Assembly (NCBI GenBank): GCA_046760555.1 | Contig: JBHIEI010000004.1 | Location: 322 to 32,321, forward strand | Direction of reading: 5' to 3' | Length of the DNA stretch: 32,000 bases | Source: Candidatus Bathyarchaeia archaeon | Lineage (GTDB): Archaea; Thermoproteota; Bathyarchaeia; JBHIEI01 | In this document: positions 1 to 7,534 of the stretch, one piece after another | Layout of the letters: every line of letters begins with the position of its first letter | How positions within the stretch are numbered: position 1 is the first letter of the stretch | Program-made: the position numbers and the translations under genes | Notes under the pieces: generated by a model | Told to the model about the DNA's origin: nothing | The model's input: the letters and a program-made list of their open reading frames with translations, nothing else | Databases searched by the model: none

Positions 1-200
1 TCATACGCAGCCCATAAATCGCATCCGAGTAATTCGTAGTCTACCGTGTTGTTGAAGCCTACTATTCGAAGGTTCTCTAGGTTGGGGATATTACTGATAT
101 ATCCGGTGCCGTCACATGTTGGACAGGTAAGCTGTGTCAAGACAAGCGCCCCCAGTAGCGAAAATATCAGTCCGAAGGCAAAGAGATTCGTTCGAGACAT
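1..200 (-). CDS. hypothetical secreted/membrane protein, N-terminal part only (gene runs off the left edge)
   Basis: Absent from the ORF track because it is open at the window edge. ATG at 200-198 and the frame stays open to position 1: MSRTNLFAFGLIFSLLGALVLTQLTCPTCDGTGYISNIPNLENLRIVGFNNTVDYELLGCDLWAAY... It has a hydrophobic N-terminal segment followed by a CxxCxGxG zinc-finger-like motif. Confidence 0.4.
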   Translation of the reverse strand, partial: MSRTNLFAFGLIFSLLGALVLTQLTCPTCDGTGYISNIPNLENLRIVGFNNTVDYELLGCDLWAAY

Positions 201-524
201 ACTAAAAAATAACGATAAAGTACCTTATCAGTTCGTCGCACTATACTGGAAGCTTATCCTTGCTAGAACCGTGGCACGTTTTGGACCAAGTCTCGCGTCC
301 TAGAGAACCTTCTCGAGATCATAGTGCATACTCGCTTTTACTTGCGACTCGAAGAGTAGGTGGTGAGTTGAGTACTAGTGGTGTGCAAAATGGTCAGATG
401 CTAAAGCGGTTTTGCAACTTTATTAAAGTTGATTTTAGAACTTTTTGAAGTTTTACTAATAAATGTAATACTTTACATTGTATAAAGAATCTTTTTAATC
501 AAACACAGGAATTAAATAATAGTT

Positions 525-1139
525 TTGACATCAGAAGGAATTACAAGAAGAGAGTTCTTGAAGGGAGCTGTAGCGGGTGCCGCTGCAGCCGCTGTAGCAA
601 CGGTAGCAATCGAAGAACTTAGACCACGAGCGCCAGTGGTAGTAGAGGTAGAAAAACCCCCACCACCGGCACCACCTGAATACTCTAAGCCGATAACGCT
701 GACCGTGAACGGCGAGAAATACAGTCTCAGAGTTGGTAACAACTGGACTCTAGCCGAGACCCTTAGGGAAAAGCTAGGACTCGTAGGTACCAAGATTGGT
801 TGCGGACGAGGAACCTGCGGAGCCTGTACGGTCATCGTCGACGGGAGAGCCGCTTTTTCCTGTTTGATGCTCGCAGTCGAGGCTGAGGGCAAGGACATAG
901 AAACCATCGAAGGGCTCTCCGACGAGATCACACTTCATCCGCTCCAACAGTCCTTCCTCGAGCGTCACGCCTTTCAGTGCGGCTTCTGCACCCCGGGAAC
1001 GATCATGTCCGCTAAGGCGTTGCTGGATAGGAAGCCAAGTCCCACATTAGAAGAGGTTAAAGAGGCCCTCTCCGGGCATCAGTGTTCGTGTGGTGAGCTA
1101 AGGAAGCCTGTCGAGGCGGTGCTAGCAGTAGGGAAGTGA
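525..1139 (+). CDS. (2Fe-2S)-binding small subunit of a xanthine-dehydrogenase-family Mo-hydroxylase, with twin-arginine (Tat) signal
   Basis: TTG start. The N-terminus MTSEGITRREFLKGAVAGAAAAA matches the Tat consensus. It has the plant-type ferredoxin motif CGRGTCGACTV and the second-cluster motif QCGFCTPG, typical of CoxS/CutS/PaoA-type subunits. Confidence 0.9.
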   Translation: MTSEGITRREFLKGAVAGAAAAAVATVAIEELRPRAPVVVEVEKPPPPAPPEYSKPITLTVNGEKYSLRVGNNWTLAETLREKLGLVGTKIGCGRGTCGACTVIVDGRAAFSCLMLAVEAEGKDIETIEGLSDEITLHPLQQSFLERHAFQCGFCTPGTIMSAKALLDRKPSPTLEEVKEALSGHQCSCGELRKPVEAVLAVGK

Positions 1140-1143
1140 GAAA

Positions 1144-3402
1144 ATGGCCGAATATGAGGTTGTAGGAAAACCCGAGCTGATCGATAAGCAGGGTAAGTAC
1201 GTGGTCACAGGGACTTGGGACTTCGCAGACGATCACCGACCGCCTGAAAAGCTCTACGCAAGGATACTCCTGTCCCCGTATGCTCATGCGAGGATCAAGA
1301 GCATAGACACGAGCGCGGCGGAAGCACTCGAGGGCGTGGAAGCAGTGGTCACCTACAAGGACTGGCCAGTACCAGCCCCTGCTGGATTGGTGAAACCCAT
1401 GAAGGAGGAATTGCTCCACTGGGGGGACGAAGTGGCTGCGGTCGCAGCCACAGACCCGAGCATAGCCGAGGAAGCCCTAGGGCTCATAAAGGTCGAATAC
1501 GAGGAGCTTCCGTCCGTCATCGATCCGGATGAAGCCATGAAGCCAGACGCCCCACTTTCCGGGGTCCTACCCGACTCTAACGTCGTGAAGACTACGGAAA
1601 TCACACGAGGTGACGTGGACGCGGGCTTCGCGGAGGCGGACGAGATAGCCGAGGACGAGGTGGGTTGGACAGGCTACTTCCAGCACAACCCGTCACAGAC
1701 CCGCACAGCTACGGCCATGTGGGTTGGAGACCATCTTTGGGTCTGGACCAACTCCCAAAACGTGTTCCTCCACCGTGCAACGCTAGCCAGCGCCCTAAAC
1801 ATGCCCCAGAACAAGGTCAGAGTCATCTCCCACGGCACGGGTACGGGCCATGGAGACCTGCACTGGAACGATTGGACAGTCATAGCGGCGCTCCTAGCCA
1901 AAAAGGCCGGCAAGCCGGTACAACTCAGAACCACCAGACTCGAACACTACTGTAACTCCACACACCAGTACGCGAACAAGTGCAAACTAAAGATAGGTGC
2001 CAAAGCGGATGGGACGTTCACGGCGATTGAAGGTACGTTCTGGGCAGACGTAGGGAGCGGCGGTCTCACGGGGTTGGTGGGCGATACCATCTCCCCGATC
2101 AGGATCACGTTCGAGTGCCCCAACGCGAAGTTCACGGGCTACGGAGTCGTCAACAACAAGCCCATGGGCGCCTACTGGCGATGCGTGGGGGAGCCGTCAG
2201 GCTCGTTCCTCATGCATATAGTCATCCAACAGCTGGCTGAGAAGCTGGGCATGGACCCCGTGGACGTTTATCTGAAGAACGTGAAGAGGGAAGGTGCAAT
2301 AGACGCGGAGTCCGGGAAGCCCATCGCCAGCGTCGCCATGGCCGAATGCATAGAGAAGGCCGCGGAGGAGATAGGCTGGAAGGATAAATGGCACGCCCCG
2401 GGCGCCAGAACACTTCCCGACGGGAGGAAACACGGCATAGGCTTCAACGCCATCGTCTGCAACAAGGGAAGGATGTCAAGGCCAGTTAGCGCAGTCGTGT
2501 ACCTCACGGGTGACGGCAAAGCTGAGTTACTATCGGGCATAACTAGGGCAGGAGGTGGAACGACCACCACACACGCCATCATGGTCGCCGAGGAACTGGG
2601 ATTGAACTTTGATGACGTTAGAGTGATACAGGGAGACACAGCGACCTGCCAGGACGGTGGAGGTCAAGGAGGCAGCACCAGGACGATCACCACGGGAGCA
2701 GCCTGCGTTGAGGCTGCCAGGGATGCCAAACGGCAGCTCTTCGAGGTGGCCGCCGATATGCTTGGAGTAACTACCGAGGAGCTGGAAGCCAAGGACGGGA
2801 AGATCTACGTAAAAGCAGATCCGGAGAAGTCGGTCACACACGCTGAAGCCGTCGCCAAACACTGGGGCCCCATCGTAGGTAGAGGCAACACCTGGCCGTC
2901 TGAGCTACTAGAGCCTATAGGCGAATACCCAGCGGGCACTCCGTGCCACGTGTACACCATGGTTACGACGTTTGCCGAAGTAGCCGTGGACACCGAGACC
3001 GGAGACGTCGAGGTGCTGCGCATAGTCTGCGCCGACGACGTAGGCCAAGCGATATTCCGGAAGGGCTGCGAGAGCCAGATAGAGGGAGGGAACGTGATAG
3101 GAATAGGCGAAGCGTTCACCATGGATCAGGTTCTCGACCCTGAGACCGGAGCAACCCTCACCAGCATGTGGGAGCAAAGTCACCCGACCCAGCTCGATGT
3201 CCCCGATCCCGAGGATAACGTATCCATCATAGTGGAATCAGGCGACAAGTGTGGGCCCTTCGGATGCAAGGGGTTGGGCGAGCCACCAGTAGCGACGCCC
3301 CACGGAGCCATCTGCGCCGCCGTTTACAACGCCACTGGCAAGTGGATCAAGAGCCACCCGATCACGCGAAAGAAGGTGCTTGAGGCACTGGGGAAGGGAT
3401 AG
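1144..3402 (+). CDS. molybdopterin-binding large subunit of a xanthine-dehydrogenase-family Mo-hydroxylase (aldehyde oxidoreductase-like)
   Basis: 752 aa. The layout is typical of this family: an N-terminal a/b-hammerhead-like region (ARILLSPYAHARIKSID), GGGQGGSTRT-like and GLGEPP motifs near the Moco site. It starts 4 nt after the small subunit. I did not see the VAYRCSFR loop of true CO dehydrogenases. Confidence 0.9.
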   Translation: MAEYEVVGKPELIDKQGKYVVTGTWDFADDHRPPEKLYARILLSPYAHARIKSIDTSAAEALEGVEAVVTYKDWPVPAPAGLVKPMKEELLHWGDEVAAVAATDPSIAEEALGLIKVEYEELPSVIDPDEAMKPDAPLSGVLPDSNVVKTTEITRGDVDAGFAEADEIAEDEVGWTGYFQHNPSQTRTATAMWVGDHLWVWTNSQNVFLHRATLASALNMPQNKVRVISHGTGTGHGDLHWNDWTVIAALLAKKAGKPVQLRTTRLEHYCNSTHQYANKCKLKIGAKADGTFTAIEGTFWADVGSGGLTGLVGDTISPIRITFECPNAKFTGYGVVNNKPMGAYWRCVGEPSGSFLMHIVIQQLAEKLGMDPVDVYLKNVKREGAIDAESGKPIASVAMAECIEKAAEEIGWKDKWHAPGARTLPDGRKHGIGFNAIVCNKGRMSRPVSAVVYLTGDGKAELLSGITRAGGGTTTTHAIMVAEELGLNFDDVRVIQGDTATCQDGGGQGGSTRTITTGAACVEAARDAKRQLFEVAADMLGVTTEELEAKDGKIYVKADPEKSVTHAEAVAKHWGPIVGRGNTWPSELLEPIGEYPAGTPCHVYTMVTTFAEVAVDTETGDVEVLRIVCADDVGQAIFRKGCESQIEGGNVIGIGEAFTMDQVLDPETGATLTSMWEQSHPTQLDVPDPEDNVSIIVESGDKCGPFGCKGLGEPPVATPHGAICAAVYNATGKWIKSHPITRKKVLEALGKG

Positions 3403-3414
3403 AGGTGACGTGAG

Positions 3415-4371
3415 ATGAAGATATTCTATCACCACGACGCGAAGACGCTTGACGAGGCGGTCTCACTACTCCAGCAGTATGAGGGGAAGGCCAGGGTCAT
3501 CGCTGGTGGCACAGATGTGATCTCCGGGTTACAGGCTAGGCTGTACCCCGAGTTACCGGAGGCCTTGGTGAACATAAAGACCATCCCGGACCTCGACTAC
3601 ATCAAGGAAGAGGGAGGGGTCCTGAAGATCGGAGCCCTAACCACGCTCTACGACATCTACACCAACGGTACGGTGGCTGACAAGTACAAGGCGCTTGCGC
3701 AAGCGGCCCACGCAGTGGGATCACCCGAACTGAGGAACATGGGCACCATAGGAGGAAACCTCTGCCAGCACCTGAGATGCTGGTACTACAGACTAGACTA
3801 TAACGCGTTCCACTGCCTGAGGAAGGGAGGGGTTGTCTGCTACGGTATAGCCGGAGACAACCGCTACTTAAGCATCTTCGGAGGGCCGGAAGGCTGCTAC
3901 GGAGTATGCCCCTCAGACACTGCACCAGCCCTGGTCGCACTGAACGCGAGCGTAGTGACAACCGAGCGGACCATACCAATCGAGGAATTCTTTTCGAACC
4001 TCGAACCTGGGCACGTCCTCGGTCCTAGCGAGATACTGACAGAGATCCAGGTGCCTGCTCCTGGCGACAGCAAGCAGGCGTTCCTTAAATCCGCCGTAAG
4101 GAAGACGTTCGACTTCGCCTTAGCGAGCGCTGCAGCCGTCATCTCGCCTGCAACCGGAGCGGTCAGCTCCGCCAGGATTGCCATAGGTAGCGTTGCACCA
4201 ACACCACTGAGAGCCACGGCCGCAGAGGAAGCCCTCATAGGGAAGACGATCACCACGAGTGTGGCCGAAAGCGCAGCATCGGCGGCGGTCGAGGGAGCGG
4301 TACCTCTCTCCATGAACAAGTACAAGGTACAGATCGCTAAGACTCTGGTAAAGAGAGCGATCCTAGCGTAG
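3415..4371 (+). CDS. FAD-binding medium subunit of the Mo-hydroxylase (CoxM/CutM/PaoB-like) with a Cys-rich insertion
   Basis: The N-terminus AGGTDV...TIGGNL matches the FAD-binding domain of molybdopterin dehydrogenases. Six Cys lie between residues 117 and 165 (CQHLRCWYY...FHCLRKGGVVCYG...GCYGVCPSD). It is the third gene of the S-L-M operon. Confidence 0.9.
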   Translation: MKIFYHHDAKTLDEAVSLLQQYEGKARVIAGGTDVISGLQARLYPELPEALVNIKTIPDLDYIKEEGGVLKIGALTTLYDIYTNGTVADKYKALAQAAHAVGSPELRNMGTIGGNLCQHLRCWYYRLDYNAFHCLRKGGVVCYGIAGDNRYLSIFGGPEGCYGVCPSDTAPALVALNASVVTTERTIPIEEFFSNLEPGHVLGPSEILTEIQVPAPGDSKQAFLKSAVRKTFDFALASAAAVISPATGAVSSARIAIGSVAPTPLRATAAEEALIGKTITTSVAESAASAAVEGAVPLSMNKYKVQIAKTLVKRAILA

Positions 4372-4436
4372 AAGAAGCTTAACTTCCGCCCGAGTTCCCT
4401 TCTTTAAGTAGGTAACTCTCCAAAAGTATAGACAAA

Positions 4437-4667
4437 TTGAGTAAGCCTATTGTCGAATCTATAGGGGATATTATGAAGCGGTACGAGGGACTATGGGTCG
4501 CTGTAAAAGTGACCGAGAGAGATGAGTCCGGGCAGCCGCTGAAGGGCGAGGTGATCTCCAAGCGTGCTCTTCGGTCAGAGTTGATGAGCGAGATCCGAAA
4601 GGAAGAAGACATCTGTGTATTCCGTGCGGGGCCGGTCCCTAGACAGAGATACGTGGCGATGTTCTGA
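4437..4667 (+). CDS. small conserved-type protein (DUF5678-like, tentative)
   Basis: 76 aa: ...IMKRYEGLWVAVKV...GEVISKRALRSELMSEIRKEEDICVFRAGPVP. The pattern (kY.G.WVAv ... vi ... el ... i ... v..P) is what I recall for DUF5678 proteins. Its stop overlaps the next start (TGATG). Confidence 0.55.
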   Translation: MSKPIVESIGDIMKRYEGLWVAVKVTERDESGQPLKGEVISKRALRSELMSEIRKEEDICVFRAGPVPRQRYVAMF

Positions 4668-5074
4668 TGAGGGTGGAGCTGCCCCTAGAGACGCCCATAA
4701 CCCTTTTCGTCCGCATCGTCGGTGAAAAAACCACCCGAGAGCTACGGGCCGTCCTGGACACGGGCTCGATGTACTCCTTGATTCCCAGGGAGGATGCTGT
4801 CCAGCTGGGCTACACAACCCTGTATGACCCCCTGCAACCACAGCTAGGAGGGGAGGGAGCACTAACAGTCACGGGTAGCTACATCATAGAGGTTCCTGTC
4901 GTTACGCTAAAGGAGGTCAGACTTGGGGGACTAAAAGCAGAAAACGTCAAGGCGGTCGTCTGGGACCTCCCGGAACCGAGTGGAGCGGATGTGCTGCTTG
5001 GGATCAACTTCCTAAAGAACTTCAAAACCACGCTTGACTACAAGAAGGGAACCCTGACAATAGAAGAGATTTAG
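4667..5074 (+). CDS. retropepsin-like (clan AA) single-domain aspartic protease
   Basis: 135 aa with the catalytic AVLDTGSMYSLIP (D-T-G) motif and a C-terminal VLLGINFLKNF motif. The size fits a homodimeric retropepsin fold. It is translationally coupled to the upstream 76-aa gene by a 1-nt overlap. Confidence 0.75.
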   Translation: MRVELPLETPITLFVRIVGEKTTRELRAVLDTGSMYSLIPREDAVQLGYTTLYDPLQPQLGGEGALTVTGSYIIEVPVVTLKEVRLGGLKAENVKAVVWDLPEPSGADVLLGINFLKNFKTTLDYKKGTLTIEEI

Positions 5075-5145
5075 ACCCCCATTCAGGAACGAATCGGACG
5101 TCACACCAAATAGCCTTAACCAGGCATGCTGAGAGTAACTAGACA

Positions 5146-5379
5146 ATGAGTGAGATGGAGGAAAGGATAAACGTAAAGAGGCTAAAACTGATCGTGGCTG
5201 CGTGGGAGAAATTCCCCGGTGTCCACACGGTTGAGGATCTAGCTCGGGAAACAGGTCTTCCTCTAACAGTCGTCAGTGAATTCTATCGCCTGCTGGAAAT
5301 GATCAGGATGAAGGGTTTGTATCCCACCCGTCTCGAAGGCACCGAGCGCACATACTTTATCAAAAGAGTCACCATTTGA
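5146..5379 (+). CDS. hypothetical small protein, possible (winged) helix-turn-helix
   Basis: 77 aa with an ATG start. The segment HTVEDLARETGLPLTVVSEFYRLL looks like an HTH. I recognise no family. Confidence 0.45.
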   Translation: MSEMEERINVKRLKLIVAAWEKFPGVHTVEDLARETGLPLTVVSEFYRLLEMIRMKGLYPTRLEGTERTYFIKRVTI

Positions 5380-5879
5380 GACCTCATCAACAGTTTTGTG
5401 TGCTCCGGGGATAACATCGAGAGGCTTTACTCTCAGGTAAATACACGCGCAACCCGCTCTGAAATTCCTCTACTCGTGAACAGAAAAATTCTTCGCCGGA
5501 GTGATACGGAGACCGGCTTATCGGGACTGGAACCTTTACCACCAGTCCGATGACAGTAGCAGAAGCCGGCTGATTTCGAAAGTATTTCCAAATTTCGGGT
5601 ATTGAGCGAAAATCCTAGCCATCATCGGAACGTGGTCACCGTATTATCGCGGCCATTGATTCCCATCAGAAGGTACCGACTAGCAGACCTTTTTATGGAT
5701 AGATGCTTCGAGGCTTTGGTCAATAATCGGGCTATTCCTCTCAAGAGCCTTATGATAACAAGGGAAGTTGCTATAGACCCAAAATGCGGGTATTGTCCTC
5801 AGACCGAGTCTGCCTCGTGAGAATAAAAACCATCTCAAACTTATCAACAGTATTTGGCTTTCCTTCAGAGGTATCTCTG

Positions 5880-6050
5880 ATGGGAAAATGTGACATCTGT
5901 GGCAGAAACGAAAAGGATCTCACCCTGATCGGGGTCACCCACAAGGAGTTGGGTTTCGTCAACGTATGCCAAGCCTGTTGGAAAAAGCTCTATGAGGACA
6001 ACCTCTTCGTAGGCGGGTCCAGTAGCTCAGATGGTCCATGCTGTGGATAG
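5880..6050 (+). CDS. small zinc-ribbon protein with a Cys-Cys C-terminus
   Basis: I trimmed the 88-aa track ORF (5784..6050) to its internal ATG at 5880: MGKCDICGRNEKDLTLIGVTHKELGFVNVCQACWKKLYEDNLFVGGSSSSDGPCCG (56 aa). It has CxxC...CxxC plus a terminal PCCG. Confidence 0.45.
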   Translation: MGKCDICGRNEKDLTLIGVTHKELGFVNVCQACWKKLYEDNLFVGGSSSSDGPCCG

Positions 6051-6062
6051 CGAATGAAAAAG

Positions 6063-6176
6063 TCATTTCTTTAACGCCACATTTACAAGGGTTATCAGAA
6101 CAGGCACCTCAATAAGTGGACCGATAACGGTGGCAAAGGCTTGACCGAACCAATCCCAAAAATTGCAATGGCGACG
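6063..6176 (-). pseudogene. C-terminal remnant of an ACR3-family arsenite efflux transporter
   Basis: The minus-strand frame reads RRHCNFWDWFGQAFATVIGPLIEVPVLITLVNVALKK*, bounded upstream by an in-frame TAG. The segment GPLIEVPVLI.LVNVAL matches my recollection of the last TM helix of Acr3/ArsB(ACR3). There is no start codon, and only about 75 nt remain before the divergent ArsR gene, so most of the gene is missing. Confidence 0.5.
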
Positions 6177-6251
6177 CTATTGCGACCGGCTCGCTATAGG
6201 GACGACTATCCGCCAGTAAATCGGCTTTAATGCTTTGAAACATATTTAATT

Positions 6252-6662
6252 ATGTTATTAATGAGCGAACGTGTAAAGGCAAGGCTGCGCCGTCTGATTT
6301 CCTCGGAAGTCTGCAAGGCGGAGGATGTCGAAGGGTATACAGCTGAGCTGAAGCGACTTGCCAAGAGTATAGGTAATGAGGCGACTTTCAGATCTAAGAA
6401 AAGGTTCTTCAAGGCATTAGGCGACTCGACTCGGCTAAGGATCCTCAAAATGCTGGGCGCGAAGGAGATGTGTGTATGCGAGATCATGGTTGCCTTGGAT
6501 CTCACCCAGCCCAACGCCTCGCACCACCTAAACATCCTTGAGCGTGAAGGCATCGTCAAGAGGAGGCGTGAAGGGAAGTGGGTGATGTACAGCCTATCCA
6601 TGCCTCAGATTCTGAGCATCATCGACAGTGTTGCTCCCGCTTCTTCAGCTAAGGTCCCCTGA
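6252..6662 (+). CDS. ArsR/SmtB-family metal(loid)-responsive transcriptional repressor
   Basis: FKALGDSTRLRILKMLGAKEMCVCEIMVALDLTQPNASHHLNILEREGIVKRRREGKWVMYSL is a classic ArsR wHTH, with the CVC metalloid-binding triad at the start of the recognition region. It lies divergent to the acr3 remnant. Confidence 0.9.
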   Translation: MLLMSERVKARLRRLISSEVCKAEDVEGYTAELKRLAKSIGNEATFRSKKRFFKALGDSTRLRILKMLGAKEMCVCEIMVALDLTQPNASHHLNILEREGIVKRRREGKWVMYSLSMPQILSIIDSVAPASSAKVP

Positions 6663-6712
6663 ATCGCCCAGATGGGCTATTTATCAGTAGGATAGCCTAT
6701 CCTTCTTTCGAG

Positions 6713-6808
6713 CGCCGGGGGTGGGACTCGAACCCACGAGGGCCAACGGCCCACGGACTATCCGCCTGGCTTAGCAGGCCCGCACCTTAACCGCTCGGTC
6801 ACCCCGGC
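6713..6808 (-). tRNA. tRNA-Ser (anticodon GCU) with a 12-nt insertion (putative non-canonical intron) in the 3' strand of the anticodon stem
   Basis: Minus strand: GCCGGGG TG ACC GAGCGGTTAA GGT G CGGGC CTGCTAA GCC[AGGCGGATAGTC]CG TGGGCCGTTGGCCCTC GTGGG TTCGAGT CCCAC CCCCGGC G. The acceptor and T arms are perfect and the long variable arm marks a class II tRNA. Removing 6756-6767 restores a perfect CGGGC/GCCCG stem. No CCA is encoded. Confidence 0.85.
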
Positions 6809-6889
6809 CATAGAAAAAAGGTCCGTGACTATTTATGAGGACACCCCACCTGACCCCATCAGCGCTACGATCAGCCCTCTTCCAGGCAT

Positions 6890-7205
6890 GTGGTGCGGCG
6901 ATCCCAGCACTCGATAACCTAGCTACCCCGGGCGTGGCACACGCCCTCGAATGCGGAGACTCAAAGCGATCCAGCGTCCGAAGTAAGGCTGCTCCCTCCC
7001 GGGCCTGGCCCGTTCCCCTCGGTGAGGAACGCCGTTTCTCCCCTACGAGAGATAGACGTCTCCGTTGGTCCTTTGAGGCGCACCCTCACAGTTAAGTGTG
7101 CCGGCCTAAGGGATAGGTCGGCTACCTCATGCTGGCATTCAGCCCGCCATAGAGAGCATTTGCGATACAGGAGAGCCCTAGCCTCCCGCCTAGACCGCCG
7201 CACCA
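6890..7205 (-). ncRNA. signal recognition particle RNA (archaeal 7S/SRP RNA)
   Basis: The minus strand begins GGTGCGGCGGTCTAGGCGGG and ends GGGATCGCCGCACC, so the 5' and 3' ends pair. It contains the helix-8 signature GCCAGGCCC-GGGA-GGGAGCAGCC (compare the universal CAGGxCCGGAAGGxAGCAGCC with a GNAR tetraloop). It is about 315 nt. The three ORFs called here are spurious. Confidence 0.85.
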
Positions 7206-7227
7206 TCCTCTTGGAGTAAATGGATCA

Positions 7228-7235
7228 ATTAAATT
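7228..7235 (-). promoter_or_regulatory. TATA box for the SRP RNA gene
   Basis: On the minus strand, AATTTAAT lies about 24-31 nt upstream of the predicted 5' G of the SRP RNA. Confidence 0.4.
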
Positions 7236-7534
7236 TTCAGATAGTCGAGAAGGCATGGCGTGGAGGTCTCCATGATCTCTCGGTCTGGAACGGCGATTCT
7301 GGTGGCATGTCTGAAAACGAGAGGGCGCAGACGTTGGGGAAGCTTCACGCTTTCAGGACGTTCGCTCTTTTGGAGAATGCATTAGGGTCCAAGCCTGGGC
7401 TCTCTGGCTATCGTTGTGAGATCCGACTTAGCCCGCCATATCGGAGGCTCTATCGAGGTGACCATTCTGGTCGAAGAGCGCAACCTGGGCATCTGGATTA
7501 CAAGCGATAGAAAGACGCCGCCTTGATCAGGCTT

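Noticed and set aside
46-448. ORFs 46..303 + and 260..448 +.
   Set aside because: The first is antisense to the edge-truncated minus-strand gene (1..200), which has a clear signal-anchor and CxxCxGxG motif. The second lies in the AT-rich divergent promoter region.
512-4325. Numerous antisense or alternative-frame ORFs inside the Mo-hydroxylase operon (for example 512..931 -, 1057..1419 -, 2268..2639 -, 2805..3122 -, 3602..3979 -, 3897..4325 -).
   Set aside because: All overlap strongly supported genes. Their compositions (Ser/Pro/Ala/Arg-rich) are typical of shadow frames.
5499-5575. A possible C/D-box or other structured sRNA. It has GUGAUAC ... CGAUGAC ... CUGA, and an imperfect hairpin CCGGCTT-ATC-GGGACTGG / CCAGTCC-...-AAGCCGG at 5513-5569.
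   Set aside because: The box sequences deviate from RUGAUGA, and the spacers (about 15-19 nt) are longer than the approximately 12 nt typical of archaeal C/D sRNAs. No ACA box follows the hairpin. It is worth a covariance-model scan but cannot be supported by eye.
5602-5962. ORFs 5602..5820 + (72 aa) and 5771..5962 - (63 aa), and the long 88-aa version of 5784..6050.
   Set aside because: None has motifs. The minus-strand ORF is antisense to the zinc-ribbon gene. The upstream 32 codons of the 88-aa version start at a non-ATG codon and look non-coding, so I kept only the ATG-initiated 56-aa zinc-ribbon ORF.
6835-7219. Three overlapping ORFs (6835..7095 +, 6961..7206 -, 7022..7219 +).
   Set aside because: They lie entirely within the SRP RNA gene. 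Their translations are Arg/Pro/Ser-rich with no motifs, and the RNA assignment explains the region.
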